A DNA stretch of 64,000 nucleotides, taken from the NCBI GenBank assembly GCA_964187785.1, contig CAXLNC010001225.1, positions 1 to 64,000 of the forward strand, written 5' to 3'. Numbering within the stretch: position 1 is the stretch's first letter; the number at the start of each line of letters is the position of its first letter. The position numbers and the translations under genes were made by a program. The stretch comes from Amphiscolops sp. MND2022 (lineage: Eukaryota). Below are positions 24,318 to 37,516 of this stretch, piece after piece. The notes under the pieces are model-generated. The model was not told the DNA's origin. It was given only the letters and a program-made list of their open reading frames with translations, and searched no databases.

Positions 24318-25303
24318 AGACAGAGAGAAAGAGAAGGGATTGAGGAAAAATGAGAAACTTTACCCACTTTTCAACACACCTTTGCAGTGCCATCTCGTGC
24401 CAAAGAACGCGTATAGACGTCATGTTCTGTATTTGTCTGAAAGTTATGATCTGCCAGATCCCTTACTTTGATCACTTTTACCTTATATAGTGTATTTAAA
24501 AAAAATCCCCCAGGAGTTTTGGTAGAAAACTGATGTTTAGGATTGTACATTGACCATAGTCCCCTGTCTAAGAAACCTAAGCATTGTCGTCCCAGCTCTA
24601 GCATGTGCTCCTTTTGCATAAGGTTACATTTGTAGAGCCCAAAACTTCATGGCAAACAACAACAACAACTGGAAACCGCATGCCCGATCACGATGCAACT
24701 GATGAGCAAAACCTGTCGTGAACTACAAAATCATTACCTGAACACGCTACAACCACCAAAGTACAAGAAAAAATTTCTGCTAAAGTAGTCAAATATTATT
24801 GCTCAATCTGTGTAATATTACAATTTTTTGTGATGTCCAATATTTTTAGAAAAGTTTTTTACTTTTATTTTTTTAATAATACGTTTTTACACTGCCCTCC
24901 ATATATGATTTACATTTTAGATATTTTATATGAAAAAATACAGTGTTTTCTTTTTTTTTGTGAACGGAAACCGATAAATTACGGTAGATGTTTGATATTA
25001 GAACCGGATCTGTGAGCTGATTCACCAAGATTGTTGATATCTATTTTAAAATTCAACACATGATCTGATAAATATATAGTCTTTACCATTTGGAAACAAA
25101 ATTTTGATGTTCAAGATTATTCAAGTTTCAGTGACAGAGTTGTTTGTTTAATGATACAGTACACTGAAGTACAAATTAATTGAATTAATTATCAATTAAC
25201 ATTTTAATGGGGCCAATAAGTCAAACTAGGAGCAGCAGTTGAAAACAGAAAACGCATTAATGATAAATCGCAAAGTTTTTCACAAAGGTGCTTGTGAAAA
25301 TTG

Positions 25304-25364
25304 GTGACGTCATCTCCTGTGTGACGTCATCTGCTGTGTGACGTCATTTCCTGTGTGACGTCAC
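25304..25364. repeat. 17-bp tandem array, each unit holding a perfect TGACGTCA (CRE/ATF consensus)
   Basis: TGACGTCA at 25305, 25322, 25339 and 25356. Confidence 0.85.
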
Positions 25365-25980
25365 ACTGCGGCCTGTTTTGATGCGGCTCGCAACAATTCT
25401 GGGGTCCAGATGGTATGTCCCTGCATTCGCATTCGCTTCTGGGGCATGGGAAATCTGAAGGCCAGGTCAGAATCTCTTTTGCCAAAAATACCTGCTCAAA
25501 AAATGTAGCTTCACACAAACTCAAAAAAGAACGAAACATTGATTGGATAGTCTTTCCATTAAATACAAAATTTTATGGTTGTATGCTAGTTCAGAAATTG
25601 TTGAAAATGTGAGATTCCGTCATCGAAGAGAGCCAGTTTGATTAAAGTCTAAGAGGAGAAATGTTAGTAAGAAAACAAGGTAAAATCAATTTTTTTATTA
25701 AAAATTCCTGGAAACCGACAAAATTATAAAGTTAACAAAATGGCGGTGTTTAGAGCATGACTTGCAAAATATATCCAAAGAAGTGTAAAGAGATTTTTAA
25801 CAAAACAGAAGAATTCTCATGGGATCGAAGATTGTTTCGGAAAAGTTTTACAAAAATTTAGTTATAAGCCGCGATTAGTGTATCGGAAACCGCTTTTAGC
25901 AGCAAATTTCGACAAAAATAGATATTGAATTGCAGCTCTAAGTCAGGTTACTATGTCAGGTTCAGTTTGAAAAAAGTTTC

Positions 25981-26040
25981 GGCGCTGGCAAGATTCGAAC
26001 TCACAACCCACTGCCTACCAGTCAATGTAACAATTCACTA
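25981..26040 (-). repeat. tRNA-derived (SINE-like) fragment
   Basis: The minus strand carries GAGTTCGAATCTT, a B-box/TpsiC-like motif. No complete cloverleaf. Confidence 0.35.
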
Positions 26041-26899
26041 GAAGCACAGACCGTCAATCTAGTATTGGCAGGGGGATTTGCCAGGGGCGTTTGGTGCAGC
26101 ACAAAAAAAACAGCTAAAATGAAGATCTTAAAAAACAGAACATGATGTCAATTGTGAAATGAAATGTTTGAATGAAGATGACCCACCAATCATACGCTGG
26201 TACTTCTCTTGAGCTACTGTCTGCTCCGTGCTCACTGAGATGACAATCAGAACCAACAGAACAACCTTGGTCGACACCACAAAACTCCTCGCTTCTTCAC
26301 TTCGAGACATCTCTAAACACAAACATCAAATAAGTGCCTACTACCAACCAGCGAACTAGAAAAAACGGAATGCTTTGAATTAACGACGTAACAAAAATTG
26401 CATATTCCAAGTTTTCTGAAAAAATTGTAACTTTATCTTTTTACGACATAAATACAATGAATTTTCGCGTTTTTGAATGTAGCTGACGAAAAAGATGTCT
26501 GTTTAACTCAGTGAAATACAGATTTGTTTTTTTCTCTTTCTTGGATCAGGATTAGTTTCTCAAGAAGAAATGAGCAGAAGACGTGACTGCCTCAATGCTT
26601 ATAAGATTTTCCATGATTTTCCAAGATCCAAGGTAGTTTTAAAAAACTTTTCTCGCAGGGCTCCTGATTTTTTGATGCTTCATTTGTTTATTCATTTGCT
26701 TACAAAAAACTCACAACATTCTCAGCTAGGGGATACATAAATTTCACCAAGGACTTTTTTTACTGGACCCTTTTTCAGTAATCTTGGTTTTTTCAGGAAT
26801 CTTTAATTGGAAAGAGGATGAAAACAATTGCCTGTTTGAATAATGTTTCCATGTTTCAAGCTAAAGAACTCAAACTTGTCAAAAATGTTCACGATCTTT

Positions 26900-27640
26900 T
26901 AGCCCGTACTGACAAAAATTTGAATTCCAGGACTGCCAAGGATTCCCAAGGTCTGGTAAGGACTTGTCAAGTTCTGGACTAATCCTTACATGTGCCACTT
27001 TTAGCCTTACAAGCCCTGGACCAGTCCTTACAAGTCCTGCGGAATCCTGGAGATACGCTGACAAGGACTGGAACACGGAAAAATCCAAAACCGATTCAGG
27101 GCCTATCAGGGCCGAATATGTGCTATATTTAGTTTTAAAAAAGTGTAATTGGGTGCCATAGGAAGGTTTTTCTAGTATGTTACCTTACGAAAATCGTGAA
27201 AAATAGTCTCTCGTCAAATAGTCATAAAATATTTTAGATCTTATTCCCCCTCTCCGGGAAAAGCTCATTTTCTATCATTATATCCGGCACTATTGAGCCC
27301 AGACATAGTCTCGACTATGGGAATAGTACCGGAACACTTATCCTGACAATAACCCAGTGCTCATGGGGCATAATTGATACGAAATACACTTGATAATGAT
27401 AGGAAATACAAGCAACTAGTTTTTTCCTACTCAAATTCAAAATGGCCGAACCCTGTATGCAACTTCGAATTTTTCATCGAAATTTCTGAAGCACTGCTAA
27501 GGACTGCACCAGGACTGGTGAGAACTTGCGAAATTTTCGAAAATTGGGGAAATTCTTGACAGTCCTTGGAATCCTTGAGTTATCCTGTCAAGGACTTGGA
27601 ATCCTTGAGTTGTCCTGGCAAGGACTTAAGTCCACTGGAG
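26900..27640. repeat. Degenerate AGGACT/TCCTTG-rich minisatellite-like dispersed repeats
   Basis: Recurring aaggact, gaatccttgag and agtcct units, including the direct duplication tggaatccttgagtt(a/g)tcctg(t/g)caaggactt at ~27567-27628. Confidence 0.45.
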
Positions 27641-30577
27641 TGTCAGTACGGGAGGCGTGATAAGAAAAGACTCAATTGAATATTAGATGGCATGAATACA
27701 CAACTTCATCAAGAATAAAGTTTCAACTGTTTCAACTTGACAACCTATTTCAAGACTTTTAGAAGTATAAATTGCAAATTGTCAATTTTTAGGGGCTATG
27801 ATAAAAACCAGGAGCATCTAGTCATGATAATCCGTGCTTCCGAGTTATAAATCAATGGTTTTCGTGCTAATATATCCTGTAGGTGCCAGGATTATTCTTT
27901 CGAATTCTCTCACCTGTAAACAAATCGGTTTTGTTTGTGGGTAGCAAGAATCACAAAAATGATTTTTTGTCTGGACGTTCCAGTTTGAGGACCTATTGCA
28001 GTGCCCTAGTCGAGACTGCTGGAATTTTTTCATGCTTCAGACCTGAATGCACGATTACTTTTAATATAACCTAATTAAGTCAGCATCCGGTAGTAAATCT
28101 ATTATTGCAATTAAAATTCAAATGTGTTCACACTTTGTTTTCTCAACTTCTCATCTGATGTGATCACCGCTTCTCAAACAGCACGCTAAATATGACGCTT
28201 ATTTGCAGTTCATTACGTGACTGAAGTTATTTCGCATCAAAATGGCAGTTGAACAGATAGCAAATTGTTTGTTTTTATTGTAGCTGCGATACAGGAATAG
28301 TATTGAAATCTGAATCATTCAACTTTTTTTCAGTTCAACAATTTTTGTCTGATTACGAGTACCTATTGAAAAATTCAGATATTTTGTACGGCAGTGAGTA
28401 TGAGCGTGATATTTAAATTTCCCAAGCTGCCGAAAACAATTCGTTTCTCGTGCGATGGAACGAGCGAGTAATACTTATTCATTCGTACGCGGAGTTCATT
28501 GAGATGCACCGTGCGAATGTTCCTAATTATGCTTTCGTACACCAAGTTATTGAAATAAAGCAGCGAGTGTTAATTATTCGTCCGCCGGGAGCTTCGCCGG
28601 CATTCAAATGCGAATGTGAAACTTCGTCTACGTTTGTAGTTATATTATGTTGAGTCCGAGAGGAATTAAAGGCGGTGTAAACTGGTAGAGTGATTAAATG
28701 AGTTGATTAATTGAACATGAAAACCTAAAAGCACAAATAGTACTGTGCGCCGCAGGGGCCTATTTCTAAAATAAGGACTGTTTGAGTACCTGAAAATCGA
28801 ATACAACAGCGGAAGATGTTCGATTGAAAGTTTCCGTAAGAATTTCAGAAAATCATAATTTAAATTGCTGGCGAAATTGAGGTGATTACAAACAAGTTCA
28901 AGCGATTTCAACAAGGGTATATCCCAGAACCACCAGGCTTCTCGCATTGACCTGCAAATCTACTCATTGGGTAAAATGGCCCGTTTTCAGGTAAACTTAT
29001 GGTAACTCAGCTCACTTTTATGATACCTTTGTCCCTTTCCATGGTTTTTGAAACTTATCGAGTCTGTGCAGAACTGCAGGATTTTTTGCAGGGTTCTGCA
29101 AAGATTATTGCACCGAATTTTGCAGAATCTTTGAAAAGGTGTGCCGATTTTTTTCAGAGATTTTTGCAGTAAATTTTTTTTCTGCAGGTTCTACGAAACC
29201 AATGTATGCATTTTTCGACTTTCTCAACTACTTTCCTGAGTTTTGTTTAGCTGATTAAAGTTCAGTCAGCGGAAACTCTCCTTCACTCCAAATTCTCGAG
29301 CGGGGAAGCTTGTCCCTATCTCACGGTATTTTTTGTGTCTGGAGAAAGTTCGGTTTTGGTTATTCCTGGTAAGGTATCCATTTCACTTGAACTTTCCGGA
29401 AGTGATTGTTGAACTTAGAGAGGCTCGTTTGCTATATTGACATAGTTTTGGCGGATAAACTTAGACATGTGGCAGCCGTCCGGTTTGTTGAGGTGTTGAG
29501 AAAGTGCTGTTTTGGTAATATTTGGGGTACATGGTTCGATTTTGTCATTGTTGGTAACTCCGAATGCTTTATAGTATTTTATTGGTCTTTTCAGTTCCTA
29601 CAAAGATCTGTATATTCAGCATTTTTCGATAGATCTGCAGAATTCTGTAAAGTTCTCCAAAGATCTGTACAAATTGTTGCAGTAAACTGTTTCGTCATTT
29701 CGACACAAATGAGATTTCTCACCAGTTATAAAAATTTTGATTATTTGTTTGACATTTCTGAGGGGTTTTTTAATTGTGTTTTTGATTAGGTCATTTTTTC
29801 TTCGACTAGCACATATCTCCACAGTTCTGCAAAATTTCTTCAGACCTGCACAAAATCGCAAAGGTCGAAACCTGGGTTGTGAGGTTGTGAGAGAGTTTTC
29901 CAGATTTGTCCACAATGTTTTTAGGAAATTTTGCTTCGATAAAAGTGAAAATCTCCTAAAATTAATGTCTCTAAGACAAAAATCTCCTAAATTGAAAGAA
30001 GTAACAAAAAGTTGGTTGCTTCCGTGGCACTTAGCGTCCATCCGGGTAGGTCTTCGTCAAAAACAACCGCTGGTCTAGCAGTAGCGCGTCAGTGCGTTTT
30101 GTTCCTGCATTCCGGGCACTAGCTGTATGTGAACATAGCTAATGACTATTGCATAACTAGGGAGAGTTTGACCTATAACGATTTGCTTTTTTTAGTTTTC
30201 CTTTCCTTCAAATGCTTTTTATTAAAGTTTCAGAAACAATAGACGTTTATTTCCTGAATTACGTCAATTAGTGATTGCTGTTGAATAGTGACCAATTACA
30301 AAAAAAGAATATGATATTTTATGATTTCATTACAAGTTGTATCAGGAAAAACGTCTGACTTTTACAACTCTGACGTTGAAAAAACAACAGATCAAACGAA
30401 CTCCCTACCATGTTTTCGGTAACGAATCGAGTTTTATCAGCTACATAGTAAATAAATTAATTGCTCGAAAATACAGATCGGTTCGCATGAAAATGAAGAA
30501 GCAGGAAAAATTAATTTGACTTGAAATTTACACGACAAGTCATTGTTGATTCGTTAAAGTGTCGTTCAAGTGGGGGC

Positions 30578-30722
30578 GGAAATTTCGTCGCCAGATAGTT
30601 CGTCGTCGGGAATTTCGTCGTAGGAAATTTCGTCGTATTAGCAAATCCAGAAATTTCGTCGTAAGAAATATCGTCGTAAGAAATATCGTCGTAAGAAATA
30701 TCGTCGTCAGAATTTTCGTCGT
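30578..30722. repeat. 15-bp tandem repeat (gaaat(a/t)tcgtcgtaa)n
   Basis: About eight variably conserved units. Confidence 0.85.
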
Positions 30723-30979
30723 TTTGATTAGAATTAACAGCGTTCACCATAAGAAACAATTTGACCTTTTCAATTACTTAATTATTAATTATCTTTGCAT
30801 CACCAATATTGAGTCAAAAAGTTAATTGCATTCAATCAACTAATCAAGACGCTCATTGAGCAATGATATATTTTCAGTTCAGAACCATTCCATCTGTGTG
30901 CGTTCATTTCACCCCAATGAAAAAGTAGAACACAAAAAACCTTGCTGAAGATTCTCACCATACTGGATCAACCATGAAA

Positions 30980-31305
30980 GACGGGAGGACATAAAAATTT
31001 TGCTTTTCAAAATCGTAACATTTGTACACAAGGCGTGAATTTTGTGTTGTTTTTTGTCATTCATCTTTTTTGTTGCTCATTCTAATTCATGGCGGTGAAA
31101 AATTGATTTAAAATTTAGCATAAAATTGGAGCTTGTTCCTGATCAGGAACAAGCTCCAATTTTATGCTAAATTTTAAATCAATTTTTCACCGCCATGAAT
31201 TAGAATGAGCAACAAAAAAGATGAATGACAAAAAACAACACAAAATTCACGCCTTGTGTACAAATGTTACGATTTTGAAAAGCAAAATTTTTATGTCCTC
31301 CCGTC
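30980..31305. repeat. Perfect 326-bp spacerless palindrome
   Basis: The 163-bp arms are exact reverse complements, centred on CCTGA|TCAGG (31142/31143). Confidence 0.95.
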
Positions 31306-31645
31306 ACTCGAGTGAATTGTTGCTCAAACAGTTGCTCATTCTATACAGTGGAAAGATATTCCCAAACCTTGTGTCAATAATCGCGGTTAAATATATATAT
31401 CCCCTCACATATATTTGTTCACACAAGAAGTTTTATCAACCATAAAAATTGCTTTCATGTTGGAGGATTGGTGAGGGCTCTGTGCGCCGCTGTAAGAAAA
31501 AAGGTGTATCTGGGGGGATGAGGAACATGTTTCGAATTTTTTTCTCTTGAAACCATAACTAAAAGTGGTCAATGATAGCAACAACTGCACAATTACCGAT
31601 AATTATTAGGATAAGTAGACTCAATGTTATTAGACGATTCCTAAT

Positions 31646-33050
31646 CAGGGGTTGTCAAACATTAATTCGGCCAATTACATTGCCAATTAATTGCAATTAA
31701 TTAAATGATTTTTGGCTGTTTACAATTACAATGAATTGATTTAACGTGAGCCAAATAATTGCAATGTAATTGTGTATAAAATTTATAGGCTACAAACGTG
31801 TGGCCACCCAGGCGTCAGTGCTTGTTTAAATGAGAGACATTATCTCTCTAACACAAAATCAAAGCGTGAACGCGTGAACAAATACCTTTCACACGCTGCA
31901 GCCGGGGATGGAGATAATTCACGCTCATTGTCATTATCTTTATTCGATTGGAACATTTTATGAACATAACGGAGTGATTTTCATAAAAAGGGCATTTGCG
32001 GAAATTTCATTTACATGGCGCATTCTGATTGGCTAAACTTCACGGCATTGCACGGAATTCAACAGCGTGAATTAATTCCAACTCTGGTTGTGTCGTATAC
32101 AACTACATCGGCTCTGCTTGCTTGTTATATATTCCATGTCCTCAGCTAAAGATACTTGCTTAAAGGATTTCAAACTAGAAAACGACGAAGATCAGAAATG
32201 GATTTGCAACTGGGGAAAAAACTTTCCCAGAAACGAAATCATGGGTGGACATGAAGGAAAGTAGTTTCACTGCCAAAGATCATTATGGTCTATTACTTGG
32301 GGTTCGTGATCTTTACAAAAAAACCTCAGGAAAAAAATATCAAATATTGGTGACAACGCGGAGATCAACAATGCACTTGCGAATTGTTCTGCCAAACCAC
32401 TAATTCTTTGCGCTTCACATAGATTCCTTTTGCCAGTTAACTTGTTTCTGTAGCCTTACGAAGATTTGATAAAACGTAACAATTGCTCAATGCTTAAATT
32501 GAAAAACATCAAGCTATGAGAACTTCGCGAAAAATTGAGTCTGTCTTCTTCAGTTTTTATGAACGAAACACGCCGGTCTGGTGTGTATTTTATATGCTTC
32601 ACCTATCTATGGAGTTGTTCCTTTTTGTGTATGAAGATGATAATAATTTCACTGAACAATTGTTATCGCCGAGAGAGCAAGTTAAGGTCATTTCTTTAAT
32701 GGAGCCTATGAAGGTTCTAAACCTGATAACAGTATCTTTGCAGGATTGGAAATTGGATCTTCCGGATGTGAAAAATCTCTTTGAAAAAGGTTGCAAAAAC
32801 ACCCCAGAATGGAAAAGTATTGGTCCGGAAGGAAAAAGATATTTCACTCGCCAAATTTCGAGTCTACTATTGTAAAAACTCAGAAAGAAAGAAGTAAAAA
32901 TGAACGAGATCGAAGTATTTAAAACTAAGTCACTGAAACTACCAGTGGTAAATCAAACTCAATCAAGTCGCTGTTCGGACGAAAATTTTGCTCTCAGCGC
33001 TCTAAAATGCCGGAAACTTGATACGTCAAAGAATGAGTCGCAATATATAT
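31646..33050 (+). mobile_element. Decayed hAT DNA transposon (left end and transposase remnant)
   Basis: CAGGGGTTGTCAAAC hAT-like terminus at 31646. GDNAEINNALANCSAKPLILCASHRF (DN...CxxH motif) at ~32350-32425, then LLSPREQ...TVSLQDWKLDLPDVKNLFE in ORF 32516-32875. No right TIR found. Confidence 0.55.
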
Positions 33051-35234
33051 CAAAAAATACATATCACTTTTTTCAATTATCGACCGTTTTTTACTATTTC
33101 TGTTTTTTGAACGTTATAGCGGGTATGAATATCGAAAAAGATTTTTTGGCAGAAAAATATTCGAGTTTTTATGACGGTTTTAGTAGATTTTGTGAACTTT
33201 TTCGGACAAATTTTGAAAGCAAAAAATTGGCGTTGTTGTAATCGGTTATACCGTTTATTCTTTTTATAACGGTTTCTGACATTGACATGGCGCAACCAAC
33301 AATGATATTTTTCCACAGTAAAACAGAAAGACAAAACAGTATGAGCACTTTCGATGTTTTCACTTTCCACTAAATCTAATTTTCGTCCGTGTTTTTTTTT
33401 GCTGATTAACTTAGAATTGACGTTAAGTTTGTTTTTAGGACAAAAATTAAACTTCGTGATTTTACTTTTAATCGTCGGATCAAAAAAATTGGTCAGTCTT
33501 TTTGAGAATTTTGACTTTTTTTAATTACTAGAATTTTCCAATTGTTCTTAAAAAATTCGAAGCACCTTAACTCCAAAAAATTTGATGCTACCAGAATCAC
33601 AAAACACATTAGTCTAGTATATTTCATGACAATCGTTTCCAGCTTGGTTGCCTCAGTTTGGCCCCTTAGCTTGCTCAGAATTTTTTTATGTTTTGGAATT
33701 TTCCTCTCTCGTTTCAGTTTTTGATCAAATTTTTCCCCTAAAAAGTTTGCAAAACACTTGGCATGGCTTCATTCGAATGAGGTTGGGATTGAATCCCAGT
33801 AACTTATTTCAAGCAAACTTGATGTTGCAATGTTTTTGTACAAAGCACGAGGAACCAACAAGACGGGAACGTCTAAAGTCGGCGCTATATCTAAGGCGCA
33901 AAAAGCGCAAAACATTTTTTTCGAAATTTTTTTTCGAAAAAAAAGTCGCACAGTGCCGAAAAAAATTCGAAAGGGGGGACTCTTTAGTCCCGTCCGGTTT
34001 TGTAGGTTACCTTGAAAAAGTAAAAAAATGAAAAGGGGGACCCTTTGCACTAAGTTTTCCTCGGCCCCTTTGCCGGACTGGGCGCTTTAGGTGGTTTAAG
34101 GATTGTTTCTAAAAAGTGGACCGATCAGTGTGAGGATTGTAGTCTGAAGAAAAAAAACAGTCACTGCTAGAGTCGGGCATTTTTCCCTTAATGGAAAAGC
34201 GCCGACTAAAAAACAATCTCGCCAGGGTTTGTTCAAAATAGAGGTAGTTTTGTGGTTTGTTTTGGGAAAAAAATTCAGAATTGGCTTTTCCACCAAAATA
34301 CTCGCCAAATATCTCGAATCAGCAACAAAAATGCTATCAATGAATTGGGGCATCCGAGAAAATTAATGTTTCAAATGTCTTTTCTCGTCGAAATTTTAAA
34401 ATTATCCATGTCCTGCTAAGCATGTTTCGTACTAAAGTACAAATAAGTTCGGTATTGTCATTGCCTTTTTTGTTTTTTTAGGATTTGAATTGTGAGAAAT
34501 ATATCTCAATTTTTTCATAACATAAAACGGTATAATACATAAAAGTATCGGTTTATAAAAGTTTTCCGTGTTGTCGACTGTTGGCAATGGGATTTATCCG
34601 ACGTACAGTGTATGGCTGTAGCGCCCTTTGATACTACGTGTTTGAAACGAAAATGTTTTGACTAAGTTTTAACATTAGAAGATAACAGCTATACTTTTTT
34701 TGAGCGTTAAAGTTTCAAAATTCGTTCACAGCTTGTTCTCTTTGTTCTCGTGTGATTGTTAACAAGAATGTTTTTCTTTTAGTCGGCGCTATATAAAGTA
34801 AAGACCAAGTGTCGTAGGGACGGTGAGTTGGTTTAATTTTCAATAATTTTCCAAAGAAGTCGCCAAAATTACACCACTGAGTATTTAACCTATTCTTAAA
34901 TTTCATGGGTGAAACAAAACTCGGCAATTTTTCACGAATGGGTCTTATATGAAAACAGCGTGAAATTTGGAAAAATCGTTCTTGAAAACAACTTTCAAAA
35001 CATTGGAAAAATTGAAAATCCAGGAAAGACTGAAACCCCAAGGCAAACGACCAATGGCCATCTATGGACCACCAATAGCCTCCGGTGGAAACGAATTTGC
35101 CTTTTCATTTCTTTTCCCGCCAGTTGCCATCGGTGGAAAAATACATGGAACCAAGAGTTTTGTTTCATTTTCACAGCTCCACGTTTCAGCTGAAACCGAG
35201 GCACTTGAAACATAAATTAAGATCCGTCCAAGAA

Positions 35235-35395
35235 ATGTCTTGACCTGCAAGAATCTTGCAAGAACCGTCTGAATCTGCAAGAAATGTCTGATCTGCAAGA
35301 ATCTGACAGGTTTGTCTGAAATCCAAGATTCTTGCAAGATTCTTGCAGATAGTGTCTGATATGTACCACTTCTGCAAGATTCTTGCAAGAAATGT
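35235..35395. repeat. Minisatellite built on the palindromic 10-mer TCTTGCAAGA
   Basis: Multiple exact and degenerate copies. Confidence 0.7.
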
Positions 35396-36484
35396 ATGGG
35401 AGTTCGACTGTATGGGAAATCACATATTTTTGTAATGATGTACTTTGTTGGTCGCGGAAGAATTTGGGAGCACTTACATGCACTGCAAATTTTGGAGCTG
35501 CTCTGCTCTGTAAGCCGTGTTGCATAGCAAAAATTGCTGAGTAAAAGCTAACAAACTAAAAGCGCAAATGATGGAGTCGTTAAGTTGTAGCAATTGCTTG
35601 TACAAAACATCGAGTCTTTACGTTTCTATTTCTAACAACGAAAGTTAAAAAAGACAGAAATTCCTAGCGTCTGGCATCTCGGAATTCTTGACAAGGTCTT
35701 GATATGATTATTCGGTATATTGGATAAATCTTGAATGCGGAAATCCTGCCAAGATCGCCAAAATTAAGCTGGAGTCTGGCCAAGATTGCCAATATTGCCT
35801 GAATTAATCGGAAATCTTGTCAAGACCGCCAAGATGAGGACGGAATCTAGCTAAAATTGCCCAGATTGAGCTGGAATCTTATTACGATAACCAAGACTTA
35901 CCGGGAATCTTGTCAAAAATACCACGACTCAGCCAAAATTGCCCACTTTCAGAAATATTTTCTCTAAAAACGATCACGATAACAACTAGAAAATCCAAAC
36001 AACCGGTAAACAATGTCGGCAACTCAATAATCATCGATCGTCGATTTCTACAGGGGATTGACAGATCGAAAACATGCTTCTTGCCATTGGCGGAGTTATT
36101 CACCTACCACCGGTAGAAAAATTACCCTATTGACTGCACTAAAAAGACGAGAATTAGATAACAACGAGGTTCAATCGCGTTAACGTCATCATCTCAGTAA
36201 TTTCACAGTTGTTTAAAAGCTGCAGACCGAAAATACGGTTTTTGACACCTGCAGCGCTACCTGCGCGCAAGTGTAAAAATCCCATCCACACTGAGAGAAA
36301 CAAGACGGGAACGGCATAAGTCAGCGCAATACCTAAAGCTCAAAAATAGCAAAAGGACTTCAAAGTTTTCTCTTCTACAGTACCCGAAAAACCCAAAAGT
36401 TGGACCGAATTGGCGCGCTAAAAGAGGAACCCTTTCGGAGTTTTCAACATTTCGGTAGCAAAATCAACAAAATTGAAGAAGGAC

Positions 36485-37498
36485 TGTCATGCCTGACGCA
36501 TGTAAAATACAAATAATAATGTAGGAAATCATCCTACATATTAAAAGATGAAGAAGAAAACAGCAAACAGCAAATGGAAATTAGGAATGTGGTGAACCAA
36601 ACCACATCACAAAACTTGAACTCGAATTTGTCAAGTGCATCATTTTTATTCAATCCCTAAATAACCTTGCCTCATTTACCCATTTTCATACATTTGATAC
36701 ATTTATTCTGTAAACTGAATTCGCATCATTTTTAGTTGATAGTAAAGTAATGTGGATGACACACCATAATTAGATTACATTTCAATACTATTAGTCCTGT
36801 CTTCAATATATAGAATAGCTATTCATTCATATGATGCTATTAATGTAACCACATCATAACACCAGTATTGAGTCATGTAACTATGACAACGCAATTGCAG
36901 TTTATTTCCGTGCTATGATGAAATTGCGCAATTACCAACAAAAGTGCGAAAGTGCGCAGCGGTATGATTGGTTAATGTAGTCACGTGACCAACATCACCA
37001 GAATTGATACCAAGTATTATAGCGTAATCAGTAGAATCTGTAGAGATATTACGTGCAGTTACTAACCACATCAGTATACCATTATAACCAAATTTCACAA
37101 TCCTTCAATTCTCCATTACAAATACTCAATAAAACTTAAAACTTCATCGTTTCCTTCTTTCACCCATGGTTAATACTAGATCCAAAAGAGCCAAGTACAC
37201 ATACTCGAATATGAACGGAACCGATAGACATAGTGATGATGAAAGTGAATGTTCCAGAAGTTCTTACGAGAGAACAAATGAATGAATTCGAGAATGAGAT
37301 TGTTAGACTACAGAAACACAGATAACCGTCAAACTGTTGATCAACGATTCACTGAGATGAACAGACAGATTAGTGAACTAACGAATTTAGTCTTAGCGTT
37401 AACCGAGAAAATATCATCAAATGATACGTTACCCTCTAATACTAGAGAAGGGAACGTACCCAACACTATGTCAAATGAACATGGTGCACGTTCCGACA
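36485..37498 (+). repeat. Element C 5' LTR (1014 bp)
   Basis: Direct repeat of 50165-51170. AATAAA at 37128-37133 is followed by the ATG of MVNTRSKRAK at 37166. Confidence 0.95.
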
Positions 37499-37516
37499 TG
37501 GTGACAGGAGTTTCAA
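37499..37516 (+). promoter_or_regulatory. Element C primer-binding site TGGTGACAGGAG
   Basis: Directly abuts the LTR CA. The first 12 nt are identical to the element A PBS. Confidence 0.8.

Noticed and set aside
24699-24725. CTGATGAG as a hammerhead ribozyme core
   Set aside because: No stem II closed by GAAA and no stem I/III pairing around it.
25981-26040. Functional tRNA gene
   Set aside because: Only a B-box/T-arm-like motif is present; no acceptor stem or D-arm can be formed.
30578-30722. CRISPR-like array
   Set aside because: The units are contiguous with no unique spacers, the context is eukaryotic and there are no cas genes; this is a minisatellite.
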